In this document: piece after piece, positions 1 to 13,600 of the stretch | Layout: every line of letters begins with the position of its first letter | Position numbering within the stretch: position 1 is the first letter of the stretch | Source: Zygnema circumcarinatum SAG 698-1b | Lineage: Eukaryota > Plantae > Zygnematophyceae | DNA: 64,000 bases | Assembly (NCBI GenBank): GCA_037447605.1 | Contig: CM074806.1 | Span: forward strand, 3,038,001 to 3,102,000 | Direction of reading: 5' to 3' | Notes under the pieces: generated by a model | What the model saw: the letters and a program-made list of their open reading frames with translations, nothing else | Told to the model about the DNA's origin: nothing | Databases searched by the model: none | Position numbers and translations under genes: made by a program

Positions 1-212
1 GGCCTGTACTGGAAATTGCTAGTTTAAGTGTTCCGAATTTTTTAGAGCTTTTGGTGCGGGTCACAAAGGACCTTGACTCCAGAGTAATGTCGAAGAGGCA
101 ATAGTCACTTGGAGTGGGAAAAAGGGAACCTTGTTAAGAAAGAGCAGGTGTACCGCAAGACTTGATCGCGGCCTGTGAGAGCATTTTCTTTTTTTTGTTA
201 TGGTGGAAACAG

Positions 213-3180
213 ACATGTCTTTCGATATTCCGTTCGAGCGATATGACGATTACAACCTCGTCATTCATGGCTGGAAGGAGATGGTATACGACATTAAGGA
301 TTGGTGAGCGGCTGCTTTCCTTTTGAATCCGGCTTTTGATCCAAGCTTTCACAGCAGCCCTAAAGATTTGGTAAAAACTCTAGTAGATTTCTTGAAGCAT
401 TGATTAAACCTAGGACTATCATAGGGATTCGGAGGATCAACTTCTCTGCATAATCTTTTTTCTTATAGCTGACTTATCTAGCGTGTGCTTACAATGGGAA
501 AGCGCTTCTGTTTTTGGAAAAAAATTGTGGACTCGGAGCGAGTCTCATGCAGTTACTGTTGCTCTGCCAGGGGTGTATTCAATTCGCTTTTGTCTTAACT
601 TCTCTGGTTTGTTGGGCCCAGGTTTGGCATTAATGCAGGAATATACCTCCTTCGGAATAATAGAGTATGCATCTCAATCTTTGTTTCGCCTAGCTTTTTC
701 CTGTTTCCTCTCTTTGTTTGTTTCTTCCTCTAAGAATTAAATCCATAAAGCATGTTCACATCGCGTCCTTGTCTCGTCCTTCTAACTCATATACAGCAAA
801 ACAAACTCGTTGATCGTTTGAAACGATGCACGGCCTGGTAACTCTGTTATTTTCTTATTTCTTACGCCTTTGGTTCTAACATCTCCACTTCGATTGTTAC
901 AGAGATCGCTCGATTTGCTTGATGTGTGGGCATCATATGGGCCTAAAGGAGCTGTCCGGGACTACTGGGGACCTAAGTTCACCAAGATGCTCAAGGTAGA
1001 TATTTCGGTTACAGTGAACATTCATCTTCAATGGACATGGAGGCTTAAGGCAGCCCGTGTCAAAGCCATGTGCTTAAGGACTTGATGCGTTGAGCTCGCT
1101 GATGTGTGAGTGGTGAATTCTATGTTAAGCTTGAATTAGATTAATTTTGGTCTATCATGTCACCGTCTATTTAGTGTTTTGGGTTTGCCATTGCCCTACA
1201 GTCTAGAAAGTTTCACTTGAGCTAAACAGTTTCTCGTTTTTGCTGGTATTGCGTTGTGAACGTAGAAAAAGAGCAGGGCGTTGAAGTGAATTGGTTGACC
1301 GTTTTTTTCCCTTGTTGTCTTTGCTTCCTCGCCTTCTCATACACATACATGTTACGTTTTCTACTGCAGTCACGACCGTCAAACTTCGAGTCTGATGACC
1401 AGGCGACATTGATTTGGATACTCCTCCACCGTCGCAAAAAGTGGGGCCACCGTGTTCATCTGGAGAACAAATACAATTTGCACTCTTTTTGGGTGCCCAT
1501 GGTGGAAAGGTGGGTCATTTGCTCAGGGAAGACCTCCCTAGCAACCAGTAATCAGTTGTGATCTGTTTTCACACAAGAGACGTTTTGTTCTGCAATAGGC
1601 GTTTGTCGAATGAGAAAAGATAGTGACAGAAGGGACAGGTGAGATGTAAGGGCCTCCTGCTGCCATTTTCTCGTTTTCGTTTTGTCATATGAGTTTTACC
1701 GTACAATCGGGCTGATCTGTCGATAAGTTCGCTTTAGTTTAGCGTTGCGTAGTTCAGTTTTAGTTTTAGTTTGGTCATTAAAAAAAGAAAATGTGGTTAG
1801 TTGTCGAGCAGCTATGCTGTACTTGTGTAGATTTTTTGTTTAGGGAACTTGAGTCCTCGATTTAAGCTCTTGCAGTAGAACACGAAGATCCTAACACGGG
1901 TCCACTGCATTGGAGGTTTGTCGTAGGAAGCATGAGGTGGTTGTCGAGAATATTGGGGCCCACTTGGAGGACCCTAATTGACATTGCGTACTGCTGAACT
2001 CTGATGCATGTAAATAATCTTTGCACTATTGACGTGGTTTTAGAAAAGAGCCGCGTGATTTAGGAAGAAGTTGAGCAAAAGTTAGAGCACGTGAAAGCGC
2101 TTCTGGTGTATCTGATGAGGGTTTTCTGTACTACTGTTGTTTATGCTTTGCTGTCCTTCACGATTCAGGTTTGAAGAGCTAATGAAAACATCGCATCCCG
2201 GATATGGAGATCATCGATGGCCATTCATAACGCACTTTGTGGGATGCAAGCTGTGTGGGAAAAAGGCATCTTATGACCTTGACAAATGCGTTCATCACAT
2301 CAAGAGGTGGGCTGTCTTTTATCTCTTCGTTGTTGTTTGACTCCCCATTTTTGCACTGTCTACTCTCCTTGCGGGAGCCGCAGGTCATGATTACATAAAG
2401 TATACTCAGAACGCCTCACCTAAGCCATCCAAAGTTATACTAATCTTATATTTTCATCGTACTTACGTCTTGGTCCATCGTTGAGAGAAGGATCTGCAAT
2501 GCCACCTTGATTCTTGTCCTGTATTAGACAGCTAGTTGGTGACATCTGAACATAGTTCCTGCCCTTATTGCCATGGAATATCTTATCTATGGATGAACCA
2601 AGTTATTGTCCAGTTCCCTCACCGCCCCACTTTCTCTTCGAGTCGAGCAGTTTTGACATCATAGCCTTTTCGTCACCATTCCATTGTTGCATCGTCTCTA
2701 GCAGAGTAGAAATAAGGCAGGAGCAAAGGAGGCCTGCCTTTTCAAACCTATGATTTGCCTACATTATGGTGCCATCATCCTTGCATTCTAGATTCTGTGG
2801 TGTCTCTCGTTTCTTTCATAATCATGACAGAAACTCTCAAATTCCAGTTCCAACGGTGGCGAACTCTGTTGACCCGTTGTGCGGTCTCCCTTTCCTGGTT
2901 GAACTTCTCGACTTAAGTCGAAAATTCTATAACTCAATTGTTCAATTCACTGGATGCCCTGATTGGCCTCTTCCTTTCAAATTCACACCACCAGTGACTT
3001 ATATTTGTGACTTACATATAGTTACTTCTTTGTAACTAATAAATAAGTTTTTTCTTTGGTTGGTTCTTCAGGGCATATCATTTTGCTGACAACCAAGTGC
3101 TCAACATCTATGGCTACAAGCATCCTTCGTTGGAGGACTTAAAGATTGTTCCAAACAATAACACTGTTTCGGCGCAATAG
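213..3180 (+). CDS. Glycosyltransferase family 34 (xyloglucan 6-xylosyltransferase / galactomannan galactosyltransferase-like); 5' part lies outside the window
   Basis: GT-AG exons 213-303, 622-664, 903-995, 1370-1509, 2169-2306 and 3072-3180 join in frame. They give MSFDIPFERYDDYNLVIHGW..KDWFGINAGIYLLRN..SLDLLDVWASYGPKG..FESDDQATLIWILL..KWGHRVHLENKYNLHSFW..PGYGDHRWPFITHFVGCKLCG..AYHFADNQVLNIYGY..*. This matches the XXT C-terminal motifs DDQ, GDHRWP, THFVGCK.CG and F.DNQ.L..YG. Confidence 0.93.
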
Positions 3181-4448
3181 CTACATACTTTGGAGCTGTT
3201 TTTATGATTTTTTTATTTTCCTTTCCGGAGATGGAAGTCTCTGCAGGTGTTCACCATCCTGTGAAAGAATGTGCTTTTTGTTGGTAGACGTAGGAGCATC
3301 CAGAATAAAGTCATTAGAGCATGTTATGCTCTGTTGATGTGAGTCACTCTGAGATTTTACTGTGTTCCGTGTGATTATTCAGGTTTAGGGAGTGGTCATA
3401 GAGAGTGCTCGTGAATGGAAAATTGAGCACAGGAGTTTACATGTATGGATGGAGAATGTAATCAATTCCAACTGGTTTCTACCCAAGTGTTCATCATTTT
3501 GTAAGACAACTTCATTTTTTGTGTTTGTTATACGAAAACGGTTGTGCAGGGTTTGATTTGGAAGAGTTTTTCATGCTTACTCAATTGAGCCTTCATTTGT
3601 TCACTTCACATTCAGTTTGTATTGGTTCAAGAGTATTGGAAAAAAGAGTAACCTATATCAACCTCCTTCGCACAATATAATCTTCTTCCTGGCTGGTACA
3701 AGACACCAGTTAAAAACATCTGAAGAATGATCATATGTACCCACTTCAGAAACTTATATGTGGAGGCAAACCTTGCTCCAGCATCACAGCGCTCGAGCTG
3801 GCGTCGGAGTTTGACGTGAAGTGGTTGCAGAGAAGGGCAATGCAAGAAGGCATATTAAGCCTTACAGCAGTTTCATGACATCCGGCTCACAGGAAATACA
3901 AGGGCACCAAGTGGAAGAAATGCAAGCTTGCATTGGTTTTTTTTTTTACATAGCTTCTTACAATCTGCGCAATCCAGCGCAGTACACAAACACATAAGGA
4001 ATGAACTAAATAATTGGTTTTCTTTATTTGAAGAATTCAGTGCTCATATGCATGTCTGCCCCGTATCTTCCATTGCCACCTGCCTGCTGCCTGAAGCAGT
4101 GGACAATCCCTGCTCCCTCAAGATTACTTCGCATCAAAACTTATATGGAGAGTATTAACATTTGCTTATTCTCGCCGCCTGACTGTAAACTTCACTAAGT
4201 CATCGTCACCAAGACCCAAATACTTTGGAGGAAACAACCCGTAGCAGACGGACTTGAGGGCTTTCATATGCCTTTGCAACATCAAGCATTCTGAACAGCA
4301 AACTGTGTCTGTCTGCGACTTCTGGATCTTGGCAGCTATATGTTCTACGGACATTGTGGATGTTTGTCAGTAGGTCTCATGGAGAGAGACCGAAATAGTA
4401 GTTTCGAAATTAGCTTATCTTGCTGCCAGCTTGAGCACATGCTCCACC

Positions 4449-5037
4449 CTAAATCTCCATCATTTGGACACCTCGTCTGACCGGAAGCTCGTCAGACTCT
4501 GTCTCACGAAACCTCGCAGGTGCTCTTAATCTCTGCAGAAACCATGAACAAGTCAGGAACTACTATTTGATTTACTTTCAGTAACGGAACGGAATGAAAT
4601 TCGATGGTGCTCAAGCAGCGCTACTCAGGGAGAGGGAGAGGGAGACTCAAAGACAGACTCTAGAAAAGACAAAGTTTTACCATCAAATCAAACCTCCACT
4701 TCGCTCTTGAAGCAATCAGTACCAACACGAGACGGCATCTGCTTGCTATGCGATAAATAAACCAAGAGTTTCTTACCTGCTCGTAGTACGGTTCTGTTTC
4801 CGTTTCCTGTCTGCTAAACTGACTCCCAGTCGGCTGCTCCTCGTAGATCCCCTGAGGGGGTCCCTGCGGCGCCATATCATACTTGGGAAGCTCTCCGATG
4901 TCAATCACATCTGACCTCTTCCGACCGCCCGGATAATAGCAGAACTGGAGGAAGAGATAAATGAGGATAGAGCCTACTATGCTGGCAATCATGAGGATGA
5001 GGGAGGCCAGAGCCCATCCTGGATGAATAACCCCCAT
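4449..5037 (-). CDS. Small orphan single-pass membrane protein (~114 aa)
   Basis: Exon 1 is 5037-4777 (CAG|gtaag) and exon 2 is 4532-4449 (ctgcag|AGA...TAG), in frame. An N-terminal hydrophobic stretch WALASLILMIASIVGSILIYLFLQFC is followed by basic GRKRS and an acidic, Pro/Tyr-rich tail. No family recognised. Confidence 0.65.
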
Positions 5038-5332
5038 GGTTACTGGATCAAGTTAACAAACCTTTAATATCCAAACCCTAAAAACCTGAGAACCTCGAGA
5101 CTCGAAAGAACCTCTTCAGCAAGCGACTGAATTCGTCCCCTGGAGGGACAGAGGAAGAGACTGCTTTAGAGGAGGGAGCGGCACGAATGGCTGACTGAAG
5201 CTTGCTGGAGCTGAGGAGGTTGCCTTCAGAAAAGTGAACCAAGGGCGGTTATGACAGTTAGGAGGTGGAAGGTAAAGCGGTTATAACGGTTTGTTGGTGG
5301 GCGTGCCAGGACGACGGCAAGGACGCCGCTAC

Positions 5333-5358
5333 AGTACAGTACAGTACTGTACTGTACT
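5333..5358. repeat. Perfect 26-bp palindrome of CAGTA/TACTG units
   Basis: agtacagtacagtactgtactgtact is its own reverse complement and abuts the left TSD of the MULE-like MITE. Confidence 0.9.
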
Positions 5359-5367
5359 ATATTCTAA

Positions 5368-5765
5368 GGAAAGTTCTATTTACAGTCACTTTTTTTCTGA
5401 AAACAGTCACCTTTTCGCAGGGCAGCTTTACAAAGGATTTTTTAGCGAAAAATGCTGTTTCATAGTTTTGTAGAATAGATACAGACCTTTTTTCGTCGGG
5501 TGTACGGATGGTGATTTGGTGATTTGATTTATACAGAAAACCCCCAGCCACACCATGGCTGTGGTACGCGTGTTGCGCCCTTATACTTTGTAGACGCGCG
5601 CGCTTCGTACATTCAAATTACCATCCGTACACCCGACGAAAAAAAGTCTGTATTTATTTTACAAAAGTATGAAACAGAATTTTTCGCTAAAAAATCCTTT
5701 GTAAAAGCTGCCCGTCGAAAAAGTGACTGTTTTCAGAAAAAAAGTGACTGTAAATAGTACTCCCC
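5368..5765. mobile_element. Mutator-like (MULE) non-autonomous element / MITE
   Basis: ~150-bp imperfect terminal inverted repeats at 5368-5518 and 5614-5765 (GGAAAGTTCTATTTACAGTCAC.. / ..GTGACTGTAAATAGTACTCCCC) with a ~95-bp spacer. An exact 9-bp direct duplication ATATTCTAA flanks it at 5359-5367 and 5766-5774. Long TIRs, G-rich ends and a 9-bp TSD are MULE hallmarks. Confidence 0.9.
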
Positions 5766-7695
5766 ATATTCTAATCGACGAAGAGACCATCCGGTCAATC
5801 CGTACGCCTTTTTAATCGTTGGTTGGGGACTGACCGTACGGATTAGCCAACGGTCTACACGACGACCTTGAACCGGCCTACCGGCAATGTACGGAGAAGG
5901 ACCAGCCACTCCCAGGCTGCCACGTACACAGCTTTTGGAACGTGCCTAGGAGGGTACACAACGTAATGAAGCAAGGATTTTTTTTTTTTTCCCCCTTAAA
6001 CCGCATTTAATTTCCCTGTGAATTCAGCGTTTGCTTATGGAGGAGTCAGCGACATTGCCTAGTATGATGATGGATGGCCCTTGTGCTGCACAGAGCGAGC
6101 AGACATGGAACGGAGGTTTGCTTTCTCCATCAGCTGTGATCACAAAGAGGAAAGGTCACAATCGATATAGTCTATGAATGTAATCTTCCCTTTACCCTAC
6201 CTGTTCTGCACTTCCACATGTTTATAGTCCCGATAACTTCTGCATAAAGGGGGGTGTGCGAAGGGTCGAAGAGAGTTCGAGAGCGGAGCGATAAAGGGGC
6301 GGGGGAGGGGGAATACCCAGGGGGATACCGAGGCCCTTTTTGGAGATGAAATGGTAAAGCCGTCCACACCGTTCGACCCGGTTTTCAGGAAGCTGGCAGC
6401 TAACCCGAACTGGAGTCCCACCTACCGTGTGTGACTGCCCATTTTGGGCATGGGAAGGGGGCAGTGGAAAGGATTTCAGCAGGCGAGCAGGCGAATGTGT
6501 GGTGAGTACATGAATACGGTCTGAACTGGCGCTTTGCTGTGCCTAGAGTGGGCCCCATTTTACTCGCGGTTATCGCCGCTGGCAGTCATCCTGTTGGTTT
6601 GGGCTACACGCTTGCTTATCTCGCGAACATATATTCGCATACTTTTACTCACGGTGTCTCCATTGTGAGGTCAACGCCTTCACTCTCTCTTTTTCTTTTT
6701 ACCTACACACTCATACACACGTACCTATAAGCTATACCTGTACGCTATGCCCACACTAATTGAGCTATCTATCTATTTAGCTGCACTATTTACGTACCCT
6801 CACCACACAATAACCACGCTAGCAAAGTTAAATAGGATCCTTTCGTCAAAAAAAAAAAAAAAACCAATGAAAGGCAAAAATTTGGAAGGGCATGACACTG
6901 CATTTGAGCCGAGGCCTGGCCACGTTGGAGACGAGTAAAATAAATTGAAAGAAAGTTCACAATGGAGTGAAAATCCAACACATGAAAACAGACACATGCG
7001 ACATATTCGACGTGAATTAGAGAAAAAAGAAATCAGTTTTGAAGCCCTGGAGCCACTTTACAACCACCCCTCGAAGAATAAGAGCGTTCCATTCAAGCTA
7101 CAATCTTCTACCAAGCCCTAAATTTCCTCCAATCACTGCCATCGTTCAAGAAAGGATACACTGCGGAGGTTCACATGGACGATCCATAGTTTCTGCACAC
7201 TAGACCTCTGCAGATTATTGTTGGAGTGCTATAGGCACCAAAGCAGTCCTCAGGACTGCCCTGCTGAATACCCACGTCACAGACCCTGTTCTGTAAGGTG
7301 ATAGAGAATGATGAGACCTTGGACCAAGCGAACTAAACCAGAGCCTCCTATAGCTGCTGGCCCTGGATCTCTGGATCCATGGCCCCGTGGGAGAACGAAA
7401 AATAGGCTCTGTACCATCCATGCATGCGCCACACCTCAGTGCCGAGGAGCCGAGTATAGAGGCCTCCATACCTTGGCGAGTTAAAAACTAACCGGAAAGC
7501 TATCCTTCCATGAGAGCAAAGTTAACAATGCGTTACATATTCCAATACATACAGCCGTAGTAGCCACCCTTTCTGGTTTTCATCAACCCCTTGCAACATC
7601 CTTCAATCATCTGCCACGGATTTCTGCTGTCTTTCCAGTCAAGAAAGTAGGACCTTCAGTCCCTTCGCCCTGCACACCCTCCCCGTTGCTGGTTT

Positions 7696-10600
7696 CTAGG
7701 GAAAGCCTCCGTCTGCGGTGCAGTCGGCAGCCCTGTGCCCTGGTTTCTTGCACAGGAAGCAAACACCTGAAAACCTCGAACCCCCTCCTCTGCTGCCTGA
7801 AAAAGGAAAGCCATCCGAATTCCCGCGGGTTGAGGGGCTTCCACTTCCACGGGCATAGGAGTCATCTGATGTGCTAACGTCATCCCATGGGTTGCTGGCA
7901 AAGGAGCGTCTAGGAGAAGACCTTCCCCCAAATCCTGATCCGAAGCCTCCACCACTGTTGCCATACCTATAACAAGCCGCCAGAACAACAATTCAAGCCT
8001 TGGTCAGCACTCCCCTTGGTCCTCCCAGGAAAACTGCTTAGCCACAAAAATAACGTTGTAGAGGTGCGTTGGCATCAGACTCAGAACTTTGGGGCCAAAC
8101 TAATCAGGACAGGATAGTCAAAATCGTAAAGAAGAAAAAAAACATTTTAGATTGAAAAATAACAAGCTCATGTGGACGTCATGCTGACATTCTACAGCAA
8201 CTTACTCACAGAAAGCTCCCTTGGTCACAAAAACACTCACACTGTTCACAAACAGTACAGCGGTAAGGGCCTGGCCCTCGCGTGAAGGCAGGGATGACAT
8301 GCGGATAGCATTAAACAAAAGCAGGAACAAATCCAGAAAGTATACAACGGCAATAGGCAAGGGCAGAGCTTGTTAAGCAGCTTCACCTCTCAGGCCGTCC
8401 CTCACTTCGCCCACCATAGCCACCTCTATCGCTACTACCTCTATCACTGTATCGATCACCCCTGTCGCCGAAGCGGTCACTTCTGTCTGACCGCTCAAAA
8501 GCAGGCTTTCGATCCCTATCCCTTGGCCTGCCCTGACTTGAGAAACGGCCATAATTGTCACGAGGTGATCTCTCCCTATCTCCCCGGCTAGCATCTTCAA
8601 CAAGTCGTGGTAACTGACACTCCAAGCAGAAAGCCCCAAACACCAGATCTGCCGTCAGTCCTACTTACAGAGAATTTGAGAGCACTCAAATGTGATTGGT
8701 CAGCCTACTGGCACAATGCATCTTCAACAGACAGAAACCTGCTCATGCAGTTCAACGCAAGGTTTGTCCAATTTTCCATGGGCTTCAATGCCACTAAATT
8801 GATAGCAGTTACCACAACCATCGAATTTAACCTTCACACCAGACCTGACTGAAATTCCAGCATTAAGTTAAAAAATTACTAGAGAATAATTGAGACCGGA
8901 AGGAGCTATTGCCTACCATAACAGCTGCAAGGTCCGTGTGAATGCATACTGTTGAGAATTCCAGAATGTTTTTAGACTCGATACTTTCGAGAACATTACA
9001 CAGGCGTCCTAGTTCGACTTCTCACCTCTCTTGGGATGTCAAACTCATCTCCTGAATCCAGCTTCAGACTCATTAGCTCCTTCGCGATCTTTTCCGGCAC
9101 GTCAAATACGGCACCTTCCACCTGCAAAACATTCACAAGCACATGTTCCCGTCAATCAATAGTATACCGTCGCATGCATTCAACCGTCAAAGTCAAATTC
9201 ATTTTCCCACAACAAAATCCCGTTTGAACCAATTAATGTTAAAAACAGCGATTGGAAAATTACAGCTTAAACTGTTTATCCTGTGCATATGGCCAGCCCA
9301 AATATGTCTGTTTTGTGCGTGTGCAGTTTGCCCATCATTCACCGCACCAATGACATTTAAGCAGTAGCGTATGTACACATTTGACCATTACCCGGTGGAC
9401 AGCACAAAACCAAATGCAACACTGACATGCCTCAAATAAAGCAGACGTGTTCCCAGACAGGCACTGAAAACTGATTTACAAATTAAAATTCATAAGCAAT
9501 CTCATACAGAATGGGGAAAATGCAAGTCGATGCTCACATTTCGATCACTGATAAGCCGGATCTTCCCAACATTATCAGCTGCAGGACGGTAGGTTTCACT
9601 CAAAGCGCCCAAAACAGCCCGAGGTGAACTGAGAGGGCCACTGTGGCTCTTTTCAGTGCGGATGATGCGAATGGTAGTCCATCCCTGCAACAATGGCAGC
9701 AGACAAATAACTTATTTCACTGGCATGAGTGAGGACAAAATACCAAATATATAAGAGAGCAGATTGACTTGTGCAAATGAAAGTCCTCATGAAAACTCCC
9801 CAACTCACCTCTTCACATGTCAGTAGAGACTTGGATGCTGGGGGCTGTGTGAATCCACTTATATGGGCGATTGCTGCTGCTAATGCTGCTACACCTCCCT
9901 CCTCAAGCAACTTCTGCGCTGTTTCAGTAAATACTTCAGTCAATTCCGGATGCACACGACGGATCAGCTGCACCGCCTGCTCCGAGGATGCGCGCAAGAC
10001 ATCGTGAACGTGCGGGGGACTGATCCGATCGAATTTTGAATTAAGGTCACGCTCAATCAACTTCAATGTGCGCCCCTGTTTCTCTGTGTACATAAGAATT
10101 GCAGAGCCAGATTTGCCAGCTCTTCCTGTGCGGCCGGAACGATGGACAAATGTTTCTGGGTCGTTTGGAATCTCATAGTGGATTACCTGGGAAAAGGTGA
10201 AAACGGAACGTCAGTGCCAAATGGGTACTGCTGCCAGAGAAGCAAATGTGCAGGTCGAGCCCCAACAGGACAGCGGAAGACAGACATAAGACGAGGTATC
10301 AATAAATTGAAGAGTCACCTCTACGAAGAGGAGCCAACAAGGCAATAAGACATAAATTGTAGAAGTGAATAATAATTTAGTAAACGCGCAATATCCACAA
10401 ATAGAGAGGAAGGCAAAAATGGTAAAGGTAAGATTTGGATAATCCTTTGTTAGAAACAAAAAAATTGCTGTACCAACAAATCATTTACTGGGTAGAAATA
10501 ATGATAGAATGCAGAACATGTAAAGCTTGCTCAAAGGCACAGAACACGGTGTAAATGACATACCAAATCAACATTAGGAATGTCAAGTCCTCGAGCCGCC

Positions 10601-13600
10601 ACATCAGTGGCCACCAAAACCCCAAAGCGCCCATCTCGAAATGCCTGCAGAGTTTTCTCGCGCTGGTGTTGGGCAATATCGCCATGCAATGCCTCGCAAC
10701 CTACAGTTCGGCTCAGACTCATGGACACCTCATCGGCATCACGCTTTGTCTGCGTGAACACAATGGCCTTGGCACCACGACCATACACCTGCAGCCATGA
10801 AAAATGTACAAGGCAGAAAAGAGGCTTATTATAAAAAGAAATGGTTGTCAGCATGAATTCAAACGACTGCTAAACGATAGCGAACACACCACTGTAGTAC
10901 ACTTCACCAGATTTCCTAGACGTCGTGGCCACCAACTTTGACAGGGGCACTTATTAGATTCTAATTCTCGGATGGAATAAATCCGAAGAAATACGTGTGT
11001 ACAATAACTGGTCTTGTACAGTAACTTCCCTCACAAGTGCCAGCACATTCATGGATTGAGCAAAGTCACTGGCTGTGTCTTTCGTGCAACAACCTACTAA
11101 GTCACGGGCTGGCCTTTCCCTTGGCTGCTAATGCAAACATATTTACTTCCGCAAATATACTGCTATATGCCCTACGGTAAAACCTTCAGTAATGTTATAA
11201 ATAACGACTGTAATCTTTGCTACACACTTCAGCGAATGTGTGAAGCCCACTGCTGCTGGCAACTGCAACTGGCACCAGTTTGGTTTCCAGCATTGCACAT
11301 GATTCCAGTCACAGTTCTGATAAGACGTCCTAGGCCCGGTGTACATAACTTCTGCCCATGTTCAGCTTCAAATTGCGGACACGAGCTGAGGACAGCCACA
11401 ACAATAAGATGGACTAAACAGCTTAATCTCTGAGGCAACTTCAGCAGAAACGCGTTTTCAACCTCTTCTAACTCTCCAAAACAGTGACACGCTCCTAAGC
11501 GTCCTCCCTCCTAGCCAACTGAGTAGAAACAACTCAATTCCCCGTCCTAAGGCTAGATTTATGTATGCCTTCTCCAACGCCGCCTGACTTTCCTTTCAAT
11601 AGTCCTGAGTACATGGACAACTTTTCCACATGGTCTACACTGTTGACAGGCTGAATACAACTCTTTCCCTGACATGTCAAATGACAGTTCAACATTGGTC
11701 CCACAACTTAGTATTTTATAGCGTAACCAGGATGCTACAGTCCTTCATCTGGCTGTCGATTGATCCGCGTCTAGAAACCCCGGGTACATGCGACATTGTT
11801 CCAGATTCATATCCCTTATTCATGATGGTCAGAATTGCTCACCGTGATAAGGTCCACCAACACACTTCGCTTGGATGTGCCAGGCGTCTGTACACACATC
11901 ACCTTGATGGTATCCGACATCTTGTCGTCATTTTCACCGACCTGTTAGAAGAGAGGAAAAAATTCGTGTGACATTTTTTTACGGCATAAGGCTGTTCAAG
12001 CCTGGACATTCATGAAGGACCATGAAAAACACAGGAAATCATCTCATGGCGACTGGAGGCCAACGACTGGAGTCCTTCCATAAAACGTGTCGACAATGAG
12101 GAAATTCAAGGATGACCGAAGATAAATACGTGTTTGACAATGCAGACAGAATTTCCAATTCCAGCAACCGCAGGTTCTTTCGTTGAGAGGGCACAACTAA
12201 GCCCAAGAGGAGCGAGGGACAAAAGCGAGGGAAATTCAATCAATGCCAGCAGTTTAGAATGTAGAGAGCAAAATTCACCGTCAAATCAACCAACTCTTCA
12301 ATCCGCACTCAGGCCACATCAAATTACTTCACAGACCGAAGTGCACAATCGTATTAAAACCTGTGACATTTTATATTAAATATAAGAACTGGGCCCAGAA
12401 TAGTCAGCCATTCAGCAGTAAGTATCAAACTGGATACTGGATAGCTTACCAAATCAATAGTAATTGGATCCTTCAAATATTTCCGGCTTAGCTTTTTCAC
12501 CCATGCAGGCATGGTTGCACTGAACAAACTCGTCTGCCTTTCCACGGGTAGCAGCTGCATCATCTTCTCCACCTCCTCCTCAAACCCAACTGCAAGCATC
12601 TGATCAGCTTCATCCAGCACCAAGTACTGAACATCACTCAACACCAATGCCCCTCGATCAATCAGGTCAATAAGACGTCCAGGCGTTCCCACTGCAATAT
12701 CCACTCCCTTCCTCAGTGAACGTATCTGGCCCTCGATCGATACCCCTCCATAAACGCACACAGTTGATAAGTAGGGAGCAGACTCTGTCAACTCCCGATT
12801 CACTTGGTTTGCCAGCTCACGAGTGGGTGCCATGACAAGGCAGCGAGGGCCCCCACGCCATCTGTCAAAAAAAAAATTAAGTAAGAAGCAATCATGAAAA
12901 CAGTCACCAGTACGTTATGGACATGTGCATACAGTCATGAAGAAAACACAACCTGCGTTCAGGTTATTCACAAGATTTATGTTTCCAAATCATTAAATCG
13001 CATTTTGATTCAATGCTAGAAAAAGTGTTGCATTGTGCGAACGTAAGTCTTGGAATCCATAAAAGATGGTGTGACTAGTCCAGTGTAAAAACAATACTAA
13101 AACATTAACTTTCTCTTTCTTCCAATTCTCGCATAGAATTTTCAGGAAGTGTCCACGACAATATAATGATAAAGACTAAATATGAAGACAGAGATAAAGA
13201 TATAGCTGCCGATAAAGATTTAGAAAACGAGTAGCAGACTAATTTCCAAAGACTGGAGAAACAACTGAAAGAACCCGTGAGCGATTTCTACAAGATGAAG
13301 GTTCAATCTATTCCTTTACCTCATATATGCAGTGCCTGGAATGTCTTGCCGTCATCTACGACTGAAATCCCTAATATATCAACTGTACTTACATCTCTTG
13401 ACCCTTAGGTATTCAGAGGCCACAGCAGGCAAGTGGAATGTAGAACGTACCTTGAAGCTGACTCCTTGTTCTGCCTTGTTATGCGATCTAGCACAGGAAT
13501 TCCAAAGGCGAGTGTCTTCCCTGTACCAGTTTTAGCGCGCGCAATGACATCTCTGCCAGCCATGGCAGGTTCCATAACTGCTGCCTACACCGCCCCATCA

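Noticed and set aside
6890-6935. tRNA/SINE-like fragment on the minus strand (GGCTCAAATGC resembling a B-box, near a poly-A run)
   Set aside because: No A-box or cloverleaf, and no TSD. Too degenerate to call.
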